Positions 22,406-32,212 of a stretch of DNA of 64,000 nucleotides are shown here, in pieces. Positions within the stretch are counted from its first letter, which is position 1. Every line of letters starts with the position of its first letter. The DNA comes from Kiloniellaceae bacterium (lineage in GTDB: Bacteria; Pseudomonadota; Alphaproteobacteria; Kiloniellales; J153). The notes under the pieces were generated by a model, which saw only the letters and a list, made by a program, of their open reading frames with translations, was not told the DNA's origin and searched no databases. Position numbers and translations under genes: made by a program. The DNA lies in the NCBI GenBank assembly GCA_046758005.1, contig JBHHZJ010000005.1, positions 3,155 to 67,154 of the forward strand, written 5' to 3'.

Positions 22406-23695
22406 ATGCTGTCATCATACTTCAAGCTGGCCGAGCACGGCACCACGGTGCGCACCGAGGTGCTGGCCGGGGTCACCACCTTCCTGACCATGGCCTACAT
22501 CACCTTCGTCAATCCGGCGATTCTGGCCGATGGCGGGATGGACTTCGGCGCGGTCTTCGTGGCGACCTGCCTGGCCGCCGCGCTCGGCACCCTGATCATG
22601 GGGCTGTACGCCAACTACCCGATCGCGCTCGCCCCGGGCATGGGGCTCAACGCCTACTTCAGCTACGGCGTCGTGCTGGGCATGGGCTACGAGTGGCCGG
22701 TGGCGCTGGGTGCGGTCTTCCTCTCCGGCCTCCTGTTCATCGTCGTCAGCCTGCTGCCGGTGCGCGAGTGGATCATCAACGCCGTTCCCGCAGGGCTCAA
22801 GCTGGCCATCTCGGCCGGAATCGGGCTGTTCCTGGCGATCATCGCGCTGAAGAACGCCGGCGTCGTGGTCGACCACCCGGCCACCCTGGTCACGCTGGGC
22901 GATCCGCTGTCCTGGCCGGTCGTCCTGTCGTTCTGCGGCTTCTTCGCGATCGTCGCGCTGGACCGCCACCGGGTGCCCGGTGCGGTCATCATCGGAATCC
23001 TGGCGACGACGGCGGCGGGGCTGGCCCTTGGGGTTACCGAGTGGCGCGGCCTGACCTCCCTGCCCCCGAATCCCATGCCGACCTTCCTCCAGCTCGACAT
23101 CGCGGGGGCCTTCCAGGTCGGCCTGGTCACGATCGTGTTCACGTTCCTCTTCGTCGACCTGTTCGACACCGCAGGGACGCTCATCGGCCTGGCGCACCGC
23201 GCCGGGCTGCTGGACGACCGGGGCCGTCTGCCGCGCCTGGGCAAGGCGCTGCTCGCGGACAGCACAGCCACCGCCGCGGGCGCGGTGTTCGGCACCTCGA
23301 CCACGACCAGCTACATCGAGAGCGCCTCCGGCATCAACGCCGGCGGGCGCACCGGCTTGACCGCGGTCACGGTCGCCGCCCTGTTCCTGCTCGCCCTGTT
23401 CTTCTCGCCGCTGGCCCAGACGGTGCCGGCGTACGCGACGGCGCCGGCGCTGCTGTTCGTCGCCTGCCTGATGACCCGCGGCCTGGCCGAGGTCGACTGG
23501 GACGACGTGACCGAGTCGGCGCCGGCCGTGGTCACCGCGATCGCCATGCCGCTCACGTTCTCGATCGCGCACGGCATCGGCATCGGTTTCATCACCTATG
23601 CCGCGATCAAGATCGTCAGCGGCCGGCCGGCCGAATGCCCGCTGGCGGTTCACGTGATCGCCCTCCTGTTCCTGGGGAAATTCATCCTATTGTGA
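22406..23695 (+). CDS. NCS2/AzgA-family purine (adenine/guanine/hypoxanthine) permease
   Basis: ORF 22313..23695 trimmed to ATG 22406 (MLSSYFKLAEHGTTVRTEVLAGVTTFLTMAYI), preceded by a G-rich SD. 429-aa polytopic membrane protein with the typical AzgA N-terminus. Confidence 0.88.
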   Translation: MLSSYFKLAEHGTTVRTEVLAGVTTFLTMAYITFVNPAILADGGMDFGAVFVATCLAAALGTLIMGLYANYPIALAPGMGLNAYFSYGVVLGMGYEWPVALGAVFLSGLLFIVVSLLPVREWIINAVPAGLKLAISAGIGLFLAIIALKNAGVVVDHPATLVTLGDPLSWPVVLSFCGFFAIVALDRHRVPGAVIIGILATTAAGLALGVTEWRGLTSLPPNPMPTFLQLDIAGAFQVGLVTIVFTFLFVDLFDTAGTLIGLAHRAGLLDDRGRLPRLGKALLADSTATAAGAVFGTSTTTSYIESASGINAGGRTGLTAVTVAALFLLALFFSPLAQTVPAYATAPALLFVACLMTRGLAEVDWDDVTESAPAVVTAIAMPLTFSIAHGIGIGFITYAAIKIVSGRPAECPLAVHVIALLFLGKFILL

Positions 23696-23791
23696 GGCGG
23701 CAGTCCGTTCAATTCGCGCAAGACGTTGTCCTGGTTGTAAAAATCTGGAAAAAGGCGTGACGCGCACGGGTCTTTCGGCTACACTGCACAC

Positions 23792-23938
23792 ACAAAATCC
23801 GTGCAGGAAAATGCATGGCCCGAGTTTGGGGAGGTGCCGCCGTCAGGCGGCGAAGGAGGGCGGAAAACCCTCTAGAAACAAGAACCCATCAGCCGTCACG
23901 TTGAGGGCAAGCTTGCGCTGCGGGCTTGCCTTATTTTT
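23792..23938 (+). ncRNA. Candidate small RNA, or structured 3'UTR element of the permease mRNA
   Basis: Sigma70-like GTGACG-N17-TACACT at 23757-23785. About 147 nt follow, containing three short hairpins: CGUGCA-GGAAAA-UGCAUG, GCCGCC-GUCA-GGCGGC and GGAGGG-CGGAAAA-CCCUCU. The element ends in a strong intrinsic terminator. No credible ORF. The 5' end is inferred only. Confidence 0.3.
23906..23938 (+). terminator. Rho-independent terminator
   Basis: GGCAAGC-(11 nt loop)-GCTTGCC followed by TTATTTTT. It lies about 210 nt downstream of the permease stop. Confidence 0.65.
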
Positions 23939-23986
23939 CGACCCTTCGGCCGGGAACGCCGGGGCGGCGGGCCCCCGTGCCCCGCC

Positions 23987-24529
23987 TCAGCGCGAGGCCT
24001 GCGCCCACGGCGGGGACAGCGCGGCGATGCGGGCGTGGACCGGGCAGTCCGGGCGGTGCGCCCCGGGCAGGTAGCCCAGGCTCACGAGGAACTCGCCCAC
24101 GATCTCGGGTCCCATGAACACGAAGGTGCGCCGCAGCAGCTTGACCCACGCGGGTTTGTCGCGCGGGTGGTGGGCGTCGAGCCAGTCGGCGAAGCCGCCG
24201 TGGCTATGGCGCAGTCCCTTGATTCGGCGGGCATTCTCGATGACGGCGTCGATCTTGCGCCGGTTGCGCACGATGCCCGCGTCGGCGAGCAGGCGCGCCC
24301 GCTCGGCCGCGCCGTAGGCCGCGACGCGGTCGATGTCGTAGCCTTCGAAGGCGGCGCGGAAGGCGGCCCGCTTGCGCAGCATCAGGCCCCAGGACAGGCC
24401 GGCCTGGTTGATCTCCAGCACCAAGCGCTCGAACAGCACGGGCTCGTCCCGGGCCGGAAAGCCGTATTCCCGGTCGTGGTAGGGCCCATGCAGCGGATCC
24501 CCGGGGGCGGAGTTGCAGTAGTCGGCCAT
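23987..24529 (-). CDS. tag: DNA-3-methyladenine glycosylase I
   Basis: 180-aa ORF. MADYCNSAPGDPLHGPYHDREYGFP...FERLVLEINQAGLSW is the typical Tag N-terminus. Confidence 0.9.
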   Translation of the reverse strand: MADYCNSAPGDPLHGPYHDREYGFPARDEPVLFERLVLEINQAGLSWGLMLRKRAAFRAAFEGYDIDRVAAYGAAERARLLADAGIVRNRRKIDAVIENARRIKGLRHSHGGFADWLDAHHPRDKPAWVKLLRRTFVFMGPEIVGEFLVSLGYLPGAHRPDCPVHARIAALSPPWAQASR

Positions 24530-24545
24530 GCGCGCCGGGCCCCGC

Positions 24546-24752
24546 TCAATCCGGCCTGACCGGGATCAGGTCGTTCGTGATCACGTAGTAGGCCACGCCC
24601 CAGAGGACGGCGGAAACGAGCGTCGTGATCAGGGCCTTGCGCCACAGCATGGGCCGCTCCGGCGCGCTGGTCGCGTGGCCCGGGTCGGGATTGTCCGGCA
24701 CCTTGACGCCCCAGGGCAGGACCGCGAAGAGCACGACCCACCAGATGATCAC
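24546..24752 (-). CDS. DUF1467-like small membrane protein (true start probably upstream, near 24782)
   Basis: 68-aa ORF from GTG 24752. The frame stays open upstream to 24836 and reads ...EITWFSGILVYVIIWWVVLFAVLPWGV, which completes a TM helix. The position next to the methylmalonyl-CoA epimerase gene is typical for DUF1467 (memory). Confidence 0.6.
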   Translation of the reverse strand: MIIWWVVLFAVLPWGVKVPDNPDPGHATSAPERPMLWRKALITTLVSAVLWGVAYYVITNDLIPVRPD

Positions 24753-24816
24753 GTAGACCAGGATGCCGCTGAACCAGGTGATCTCCCGCTCCTTTTCCTT
24801 GCCAGGGCTGCGACCG

Positions 24817-25221
24817 TCAAGCCTGCTCCAGCTCGATCAGGGTGCCGCAGAAGTCCTTGGGATGCAGGAACAGGACCGGCTTGTCGTGGGCGCCGCGCTT
24901 CGGTTCGCCGTCGCCGAGCACGCGCGCGCCGGCGACCCTCAACCTGTCACGCGCGGCGTGGATGTCCTCGACCTCGTAGCACAGATGGTGAATGCCCCCG
25001 TCCGGATGGCGATCGAGGAACTTCGCGATCGGGGAAGCGTCGCCGAGCGGATGCAGCAGCTCGATCTTCGCGTTCGGCAGGCTCACGAAGACGACGGTGA
25101 CCCCGTGGTCGGGCTGGTCGAGGGGCGCCGAAACCTCGGCGCCCAGCACGTCCCGGTAGCGGGCCGCGGCCGCCGCCAGGTCCGGGACCGCGATGGCCAC
25201 GTGGTTGAGCCTGCCGATCAT
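24817..25221 (-). CDS. mce: Methylmalonyl-CoA epimerase (VOC/glyoxalase fold)
   Basis: 134-aa ORF. MIGRLNHVAIAVPDL...GGIHHLCYEV...GTLIELEQ is the typical epimerase pattern. Confidence 0.88.
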   Translation of the reverse strand: MIGRLNHVAIAVPDLAAAAARYRDVLGAEVSAPLDQPDHGVTVVFVSLPNAKIELLHPLGDASPIAKFLDRHPDGGIHHLCYEVEDIHAARDRLRVAGARVLGDGEPKRGAHDKPVLFLHPKDFCGTLIELEQA

Positions 25222-25264
25222 GCCGCCTCTCCTGCCACGCTATCCGGGACGCTTCGCGCCGGCG

Positions 25265-25930
25265 TCATTGGGCGCGCTTGGCGCCGAGGGGAATTCCGCT
25301 CCATTTCGGCCGGCTGAGCTTCTCGGCAAAGGACGAGAACATGATGTTGAAGCTGACGCTGACCCTCAATCGGCTGCTTTCGTTGCGCGGCACCGAGTGC
25401 ACGAACCAGGCCGGAAACATGACAAGCCGCCCGGGCAATATCTTCAACTGATGCACGGTGGAGTTCAACTTGTTGTGCTTGAGGACATCGGGAAGGATGA
25501 TCTCCAGCTGCGGCCTTGGGTCGTGGAACGAGATCGTGTTCGCGCCCTCCTCGGCCTGGACGTAGTAGACGCCGCTCAGGAAGTTGTTCGGGTGCAGGTG
25601 CGGGATATGGAACCCGCCCGGCGGGCTGATGTTGGCCCAGCACCCGGTGATCAGGAACGACTCGTAGCGGACCTGGTATTGGTCGAGGATGGCCTTCGAG
25701 GCGAACTCGAAGAGTTCGACCAGGTCCTTGAATTCCGGCAGTTCGTGAAGGGTCTGGTCGGTCTGCCAGCCCTGTCCCGGCGCAAGCGGCGGACGTGGCG
25801 CGGTCAGCTCGTCGAGGACCTGGAACAACCGCCGGTTCAGCGGTGCCGCGATCTCGGGCTCGAGATCGTGAACCCACACGCAGGTTGGAAAGAACGGTTG
25901 GGTCGTGACCTTTGCGAACATGCTCGACAT
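25265..25930 (-). CDS. TIGR02466-type putative 2OG-Fe(II) oxygenase-like protein
   Basis: 221-aa ORF. FHIPHLHPNNFLSGVYYV and LVMFPAWFVHSVPRN motifs, as I recall for TIGR02466 / 2OG-FeII_Oxy_5. Visibly lower GC than its neighbours. Confidence 0.65.
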   Translation of the reverse strand: MSSMFAKVTTQPFFPTCVWVHDLEPEIAAPLNRRLFQVLDELTAPRPPLAPGQGWQTDQTLHELPEFKDLVELFEFASKAILDQYQVRYESFLITGCWANISPPGGFHIPHLHPNNFLSGVYYVQAEEGANTISFHDPRPQLEIILPDVLKHNKLNSTVHQLKILPGRLVMFPAWFVHSVPRNESSRLRVSVSFNIMFSSFAEKLSRPKWSGIPLGAKRAQ

Positions 25931-25970
25931 CGCTCCAACGTCGCCCCCGATCGGCCGACCGCGCCGCGTC

Positions 25971-27635
25971 TCACTGCAGACGCACCAGATGCACCTCGGT
26001 GACCGGCTTCTTGCCGAGCATCCGGTGGAACGCGCGGCGCACGGCGAGGCGCGCTGCCTCCTTGACCGTCTCGTCGTCGCGGCGGTCGACCGCCGGCAGG
26101 TATCTCAGGGCTTCGCGCACGCCCTCGGCCACGACCTTAAGCTTGTCGGCCTCCGCCTCGGCATCGAGCAGCCCCTGCGCGCAGATCATGGGATCGCCCT
26201 GGAACAGATTGTCGCGGCCGATGACCAGGGTCACGACCGCGGCCCCATTGTACGCCAGGCGCCTGCGGGTGCGCAGCACGGGGCTGTCCAAGGACAGCAG
26301 CCGGTTGCCGTCGAAGGCCAGGCGCCCGGCGGCCACGTGCCCGACGATCCCGGCCGGCGCGGGCGCGAGGCGGATCAGCGCGCCGTTCTCGCCGAGGATC
26401 TGCTCGGGCACCTGGCAGGCCTGGGCGAGCCGCGCGTGCTCCGCGAGGTGCCGCGCCTCGCCGTGCACGGGCACCGCGATGCGCGGGCGCACCCACTGGT
26501 ACATCTGGGTCAGCTCCTCGCGCGCCGGATGGCCGGAGACGTGAATGAAGTGCTGGTCGTCGGTTATCACCTCGACGCCCTTGCGCACGAGCATGTTCTG
26601 CAGCCGGAAGATCGCCACGTCGTTGCCGGGAATGATGCGCGAGGAAAAGATCGCCGCGTCGCCCTCCTCCAGGGCGACGTTGGGGTGCTCGTCGTTGGCG
26701 ATGCGCCACAGCGCCGAGCGCGGCTCGCCCTGGCTGCCGGTGCATAGAAGCAGGACCTCCGCGCGCGGCAGGAGCCCGACGTGCTCCTCGGAAATCAGCG
26801 GCGCCACGTCGGCCAGATAGCCGGTGTCGCGGGCCGCCTGATAGACGCGCTGCATCGACCGGCCCACCAGCGCGACGCGCCGGCCGTGCGCCTCGGCGAC
26901 CTTGGCCGCGGTCTCCAGACGCGCCACGTTGGAGGCGAAGCAGGCGACAGCGACCCGGTTCTTAAGTCCGCCGACCAGCTCCATGAGGACCGCGCGGACC
27001 TCCGATTCCGAACCCGAATCGCCGTCGATGAGGGCGTTGGTGGAATCGCACACCATGGCGAGCACCGATGCCTCGGCCAGGCCGCGCAGCGCCCGCTCGT
27101 CGTAGCCGTCGCCGACCAGGGGCGCGGGATCGAGCTTCCAGTCGCCGGTGTGCAGGACCGTCCCCGCCCCGGTGCGGATGACCAGCGCGTTCGGCTCGGG
27201 GATGGAATGGGTGAGCGTGACGAGCTCGATCTCGAAGGGGCCGACGGTGAAGCGGCCGGACAGCGGCACTTCGATGATCTCGACCTCGTCCTCGATGCCG
27301 GCCTCGACCAGCTTCGGGGCGGCCATGGCCGCGGTGAAGGCCGTGGCGTAGATCGGGCAGCGCAGGCGCGGCCAAAGGTGACCGACGGCGCCGATATGGT
27401 CCTCGTGCGCGTGGGTCAGCACGAGCCCGGCCAGGTCATCCCGCCGTTCCTCGATGAACGCCGGGTCCGCCATGAGCAGATCGACCCCGGGAAGGCCGGG
27501 TTCGGCGAAGGTGACCCCGAGGTCGACCATGAGCCAGCGACCGGCGTGACCGTACAGGTTCAGGTTCATGCCGATCTCGCCCGTGCCGCCGAGCGGCAGG
27601 AAGTAGAGCTCGTCCGGCCCGGGCCGGTCGATCAT
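25971..27635 (-). CDS. rnj: Ribonuclease J (metallo-beta-lactamase / beta-CASP family)
   Basis: ORF 25971..27713 trimmed to ATG 27635 ([28 protein letters not shown]), which overlaps the coaX stop (ATGA). Contains [10 protein letters not shown] and [11 protein letters not shown]. Confidence 0.9.
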   Translation of the reverse strand: MIDRPGPDELYFLPLGGTGEIGMNLNLYGHAGRWLMVDLGVTFAEPGLPGVDLLMADPAFIEERRDDLAGLVLTHAHEDHIGAVGHLWPRLRCPIYATAFTAAMAAPKLVEAGIEDEVEIIEVPLSGRFTVGPFEIELVTLTHSIPEPNALVIRTGAGTVLHTGDWKLDPAPLVGDGYDERALRGLAEASVLAMVCDSTNALIDGDSGSESEVRAVLMELVGGLKNRVAVACFASNVARLETAAKVAEAHGRRVALVGRSMQRVYQAARDTGYLADVAPLISEEHVGLLPRAEVLLLCTGSQGEPRSALWRIANDEHPNVALEEGDAAIFSSRIIPGNDVAIFRLQNMLVRKGVEVITDDQHFIHVSGHPAREELTQMYQWVRPRIAVPVHGEARHLAEHARLAQACQVPEQILGENGALIRLAPAPAGIVGHVAAGRLAFDGNRLLSLDSPVLRTRRRLAYNGAAVVTLVIGRDNLFQGDPMICAQGLLDAEAEADKLKVVAEGVREALRYLPAVDRRDDETVKEAARLAVRRAFHRMLGKKPVTEVHLVRLQ

Positions 27636-28417
27636 GCCACGGCCCGCGTGTTGGCGCGGTACAGCAAGCGCAGGCCGCGCAGCGTCAGGTCCGGGTCGAT
27701 CTCGTCGATGCACGATGTGGCGCGGGCAAAGAGCGGCGCCAGCCCGCCCGTGGCCACGACCTTCATGTCGCGGCCGTCCTCGGCCTTAATGCGCGACACC
27801 AGACCTTCGACCAGACCGACGTAGCCCCAATAGGCGCCCGATTCCATCGCCGGCACGGTGGCCTGTCCGATCACCCGCTGCGGCGGTTCCTTGATCGCGA
27901 TGCGCGGCAGCTTGGCCGCCGCCCGGTCCAGGGCCTCAAGCGACAAGTTGATCCCCGGAGCGATGACGCTGCCCTCATAGGCACCGTCCTCGCCGATCAC
28001 GTCGAAGGTCGTTGCCGTGCCGAAGTCGATGACGATCAGAGGCCCCCCGTATTGCGCGTGGGCCGCGACGGCGTTCACCAGGCGGTCCTCGCCGACCTGA
28101 TCGGGCCGCTCGATCCTGACCTCGATGCCGATGTCGGTTCCCGGCTCGCCGACCACGAGCGGCTCGGTCCCGAAATAGCGCCGGCACAGGGTCCTGAGGG
28201 CGTACATCGTCGCCGGCACGACGTTGGCGATGATCGCGCCCTCGATGTCGGCGGGGCGCAGGTCCTCCAGAGCCATGAGCTGGGTCAGCCACACGGCGTA
28301 CTCGTCGGCCGTGCGTTTGGCCTCGGTCGAGGCGCGCCAGGATCCGCGCAGGCGGTCGGCCCCGTCGTAGACGGCGAAGATGATGTTGGTGTTGCCGGAA
28401 TCGATGGCGAGCAGCAT
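27632..28417 (-). CDS. coaX: Type III pantothenate kinase
   Basis: 261 aa from ATG 28417 ([19 protein letters not shown]...). Contains DFGTATTFD and ATGGLAPLF. The supplied ORF 27632..29071 fuses it to out-of-frame upstream sequence. Confidence 0.92.
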   Translation of the reverse strand: MLLAIDSGNTNIIFAVYDGADRLRGSWRASTEAKRTADEYAVWLTQLMALEDLRPADIEGAIIANVVPATMYALRTLCRRYFGTEPLVVGEPGTDIGIEVRIERPDQVGEDRLVNAVAAHAQYGGPLIVIDFGTATTFDVIGEDGAYEGSVIAPGINLSLEALDRAAAKLPRIAIKEPPQRVIGQATVPAMESGAYWGYVGLVEGLVSRIKAEDGRDMKVVATGGLAPLFARATSCIDEIDPDLTLRGLRLLYRANTRAVA

Positions 28418-28428
28418 GGCCTCGCGCC

Positions 28429-29211
28429 TCACGTGGCGAAGTAGATGTCGCCGGCGGCGATGACCCGTCGCTTGGCGTCCGACAGCTCGAGGACCAGCGC
28501 GCCGCGCTCGTCCAGGTCGCGGAACGTCCCGTGCAAGGTCTCCCTGGGCAGGCGCACCTCGATCTCCTCGCCGCGCGCGTGAGCGTGGTTCAGCCAACCT
28601 TGCCGGACCGGGGCGAAACCGTCGTCGAGCCAGCGGTTGACCCAGGTCAGGAAATGCCGGCTGAACGCCTCGAGCACGTCGACGTGGCTCACCTCGCGCG
28701 GTGCGCCCTCGAAGTGCAGGCTGGTGGCGGGAAAATCGGTGTCCTTCGGGAAGCTCCGCACGTTGACGCCTACGCCCAGGATCAGCCAATCGAGCGCCCC
28801 ATCCGAGCCGGTCTTGGATTCGAGCAGGATGCCGGAGACCTTGCGGCCGTTGAGCAACACGTCGTTGGGCCACTTGTAGGTGACCTCGAGCATGGGTGGC
28901 GCGACGCTGCCGATGGCCTCGCCCACCGCGAGCGTCGCGACGAAGCCGAGCTGGGCCGCCTCCGCCGGGCCGCAGTCCGGGCGCAGCACCAGGGAAAGGT
29001 ACAGGTTGTCGCGGGGACTGGCAAAGTTGCGCCCCTGCCGGCCGCGGCCCTTGGTCTGCTCGCGCGCCCACACCAGCGTGCCGTCCTCGGCCCCCTGCTC
29101 GGCCAGGCGCGCGGCTTCGTCGTTCGTGCTATCGACCCGGTCGAGCGCGACCAAGCGGTAGGCCGGCGGAAGCTTGGGACGGGCCGCCGACCCCGTCGCC
29201 GGCGTGGTCAT
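28429..29211 (-). CDS. birA: Biotin--[acetyl-CoA-carboxylase] ligase
   Basis: 260 aa from ATG 29211, which overlaps the nuoN stop (ATGA). Contains the [11 protein letters not shown] biotin-binding loop and [17 protein letters not shown]. No N-terminal HTH domain. Confidence 0.9.
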   Translation of the reverse strand: MTTPATGSAARPKLPPAYRLVALDRVDSTNDEAARLAEQGAEDGTLVWAREQTKGRGRQGRNFASPRDNLYLSLVLRPDCGPAEAAQLGFVATLAVGEAIGSVAPPMLEVTYKWPNDVLLNGRKVSGILLESKTGSDGALDWLILGVGVNVRSFPKDTDFPATSLHFEGAPREVSHVDVLEAFSRHFLTWVNRWLDDGFAPVRQGWLNHAHARGEEIEVRLPRETLHGTFRDLDERGALVLELSDAKRRVIAAGDIYFAT

Positions 29212-30662
29212 CCGGGAAACAGGGCCGAGGCCGCGGCCGCGGCTCGACTCAGCACCGGGCCCGGGGCGACGAAGAAGAGCAGGATGACCACGCTGGTCGC
29301 GGTCAGGATCACGGCCATTTCGCGGCCGATCGGCCGGTCGAACGCCTCGGTGGGCTCGTCGAAGTACATGAACTTGACGATGCGAACGTAATAGAACGCG
29401 CCCACCACGCTGGTCAGCACGCCGATAACGGCCAGCGCGTAGAGCCCGGCGTGGATCGCGGCCATGAACACGTAGAACTTGGCCAGGAAACCGGCCATGG
29501 GCGGGATCCCGGCCATCGAGAACATGAAGATGAGCAGCGCCAGCGCCATCATCGGATGGGTCTTGGACAGCCCCTTGAGGTCCTCGATCCCCTCCACCAT
29601 GACCTCCTTCTGGCGCATGCACAGGATGCAGCCGAAGGTTCCGAGGTTCATGACCAGGTAGATCGCCATGTAGAAGGCCAGCCCGCGCACGCCCTCCTGC
29701 GTCCCGGAAGCCAGGCCGATCAGCGCGTAGCCCATGTGTCCGATCGAGCTGTAGGCCATCAGGCGCTTGATGTTGGCCTGGTTGATCGCCGCCAGCGCGC
29801 CCAGGATCATCGAGCCGATCGAGATCACGATCACGATCTGCTGCCACTGGCCGGCAAACTCGCCGAACGGCCCCATCATGACGCGCACGAACAGCGCCAT
29901 GGCCGCCACCTTGGGCGCGGTGGCGAAGAACGCGGTGACCGGGGTGGGCGCGCCCTCGTAGACGTCGGGGGTCCACATGTGAAATGGCACTGCGGCGATC
30001 TTGAAGGCCAACCCCGCCATCAGGAACACCAGCCCGATGATAAGGCCGAGCGAGGGCGCCTCGCCCGCGGTCACGCTCTTCGCGAGGACCTCGGCGAGCG
30101 GGGCGAATCCCGTCGTCCCGGCGAAGCCGTAGATCATGGAGGCGCCGTAGAGCAGCATGCCCGAGGACAGGGCGCCGAGGACGAAGTACTTCAACCCGGC
30201 CTCGGTCGAGCGCAGGCTGTCGCGTCGGATCGCGGCGATGACGTAGAGCGACAGGCTCTGCAGCTCGAGGCCCAGGTAGAGCGAGATGAGGTCGTTGGCC
30301 GAGACCATCATGAGCATGCCGAGCGTCGCGAACAGCATCAGCACCGGGTACTCGAAGCGCATGACCTGCTCGTGCTCGAAGTAGCGCAGCGACATGGCCA
30401 TGGCCGTGGCCGAACCGAGCAGGACCAGAAGCTTCATGAAATCGCTGAAGCGGTCGACGACGAACATGCCCTCGAAGGCGCTGGCACCGCCGCGCGGCCC
30501 CAGCGCGAGCAGGCCGATGACGGCGATCAGCGTCAGCACCGAAAGCACGAGCACCGTGCGCGTCGCCGCGTTGCCGCGGAACACGCCGAACATGAGCAAC
30601 GCCATGGCCAGGCCCGCCAGCGACAGCTCGGGCAGGGCCGTGATCAGGTCGAGCGGGACCAT
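29208..30662 (-). CDS. nuoN: NADH-quinone oxidoreductase subunit N
   Basis: 484-aa polytopic antiporter-like ORF. Last gene of the nuo cluster. Confidence 0.93.
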   Translation of the reverse strand: MVPLDLITALPELSLAGLAMALLMFGVFRGNAATRTVLVLSVLTLIAVIGLLALGPRGGASAFEGMFVVDRFSDFMKLLVLLGSATAMAMSLRYFEHEQVMRFEYPVLMLFATLGMLMMVSANDLISLYLGLELQSLSLYVIAAIRRDSLRSTEAGLKYFVLGALSSGMLLYGASMIYGFAGTTGFAPLAEVLAKSVTAGEAPSLGLIIGLVFLMAGLAFKIAAVPFHMWTPDVYEGAPTPVTAFFATAPKVAAMALFVRVMMGPFGEFAGQWQQIVIVISIGSMILGALAAINQANIKRLMAYSSIGHMGYALIGLASGTQEGVRGLAFYMAIYLVMNLGTFGCILCMRQKEVMVEGIEDLKGLSKTHPMMALALLIFMFSMAGIPPMAGFLAKFYVFMAAIHAGLYALAVIGVLTSVVGAFYYVRIVKFMYFDEPTEAFDRPIGREMAVILTATSVVILLFFVAPGPVLSRAAAAASALFPG

Positions 30663-30678
30663 CGGCGCGCCCTCCGTT

Positions 30679-32205
30679 TCACCGGGTCGCCGCCAGGGCA
30701 GCGAGCCCGGGCTCGCGCGCCACCGCCAGCGCCGCCTGGTGGTCGTCGATCAGGTTGGTCACCGAGGCAGAGATGATGTCGAGGAACGGCATGGGATAGA
30801 CGCCCATCCAGAAGACCAGGGCGATGAGCGGGGCGAAGACCAGGATCTCGCGCGGGCTGAGGTCCAGAATCGCCTTGAGGTCGGCCCGGGTCAGCGCCCC
30901 GAAGATGATCCGGCGGTACATATAAAGCATGTAGGCGGCGCCGAGGACCATGCCGCTCGCGGCCAGCAGCGCGACCCAGGTGCTGACTTGGAACGCGCCG
31001 ACCAGGACCAGGAACTCGCCGACGAAGCCGCTCGTCCCGGGCAAGCCGACCGAGGCCAGCATGAAGATCATGAACGCCAGGGCGTAGGCCGGCATCCGAT
31101 TGACGAGCCCCTCGTAGCGAGCCATCAAACGGGTATGCATGCGGTCGTAGACAACCCCGACGAGAAGGAACAGCGCCGCCGAGACGACGCCGTGGGAGAG
31201 CATCTGGAAGATCGCGCCCTCCAGGCCCTGCTGGGTCACGGTGAACGTGCCCAGCGTCACGAAGCCCATGTGGGCCACCGAGGAATAGGCAACCAGTTTC
31301 TTCATGTCCTCCTGAGCGAGCGCGACCAGCGAGGTGTAGATGATCGCCACGATCGACAGCGTGAAGATGAGCGGCGTGAAGAACTCGGAGGCCAAGGGCA
31401 GCATGGGCAGCGAGAAGCGCACGAAGCCGTACCCGCCCATCTTCAGCAGCACCCCGGCCAGGACCACCGAGCCGGCGGTCGGCGCTTCGGTGTGGGCGTC
31501 GGGCAGCCAGGTGTGCACCGGCCACATCGGGATCTTGACCGCGAACGAGGCGAACAGGCCCAGCCACAGCCAAGTCTGCATGCCCGCCGGGAAGTCGTGG
31601 GCCAGCATGGTCGGGATGTCGGTCGTGCCCACCTCGAAGTACATGGCGAGCAACGCGAGGAACAGGAGGACCGAGCCGGCCAGCGTGTACAGGAAGAACT
31701 TGAAGGCCGAATAGACGCGGTCCTCCCCGCCCCAGATGCCGATGATCAGGAACATCGGGATCAGCACGCCCTCGTAGAAGAAGTAGAACAGCACGAAGTC
31801 GAGGGCGCAGAACATGCCGACCATCAGCGTCTCGAGAACCAGGAAGGCGATCATGTATTCCTTGACCCGGTTCTGGATCGCCTCCCAACTCGCGATCACG
31901 CAAATCGGGGTCAGCAGGGTGGACAGCAATACGAAGAGCATCGAGATGCCGTCCACGCCCATGTGGTACGAGATGTTGTAGGCCGGGATCCAATCGGCCC
32001 GCTCGACGAACTGGAATTCCGCGCTGCCGCGCTCGAAGCCGAACCAGAGGAACAGCGACAGGACGAAGGTGATGAGCGAGGTCCACAGCGCCACGTAGCG
32101 GGCGTTGCGCGCCACCACCTCGGCCTCGCCGCGGATCGCCACGATGAATGCCGCGCCGACCAGCGGCAGAAACGTGACCAGGGAGAGGATCGGCCAGCCG
32201 TTCAT
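30679..32205 (-). CDS. nuoM: NADH-quinone oxidoreductase subunit M
   Basis: 508-aa antiporter-like ORF (…[28 protein letters not shown]…). Confidence 0.95.
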   Translation of the reverse strand: MNGWPILSLVTFLPLVGAAFIVAIRGEAEVVARNARYVALWTSLITFVLSLFLWFGFERGSAEFQFVERADWIPAYNISYHMGVDGISMLFVLLSTLLTPICVIASWEAIQNRVKEYMIAFLVLETLMVGMFCALDFVLFYFFYEGVLIPMFLIIGIWGGEDRVYSAFKFFLYTLAGSVLLFLALLAMYFEVGTTDIPTMLAHDFPAGMQTWLWLGLFASFAVKIPMWPVHTWLPDAHTEAPTAGSVVLAGVLLKMGGYGFVRFSLPMLPLASEFFTPLIFTLSIVAIIYTSLVALAQEDMKKLVAYSSVAHMGFVTLGTFTVTQQGLEGAIFQMLSHGVVSAALFLLVGVVYDRMHTRLMARYEGLVNRMPAYALAFMIFMLASVGLPGTSGFVGEFLVLVGAFQVSTWVALLAASGMVLGAAYMLYMYRRIIFGALTRADLKAILDLSPREILVFAPLIALVFWMGVYPMPFLDIISASVTNLIDDHQAALAVAREPGLAALAATR

Positions 32206-32212
32206 GGCCGCC

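Noticed and set aside
23838-23870. Resemblance of GTCAGGCGGCGAAGGAGGGCGG to the SRP (4.5S) RNA domain IV motif GUCAGGUCCGGAAGGAAGCAGC.
   Set aside because: Only a partial match. The conserved symmetric/asymmetric loop residues and the long closing helix of SRP RNA are missing, so it is not called ffs.
23757-24074. 105-aa plus-strand ORF across the candidate sRNA region.
   Set aside because: It reads straight through a strong intrinsic terminator and into the antisense of tag. Arg/Ala/Gly-rich composition. The region is more parsimoniously non-coding.
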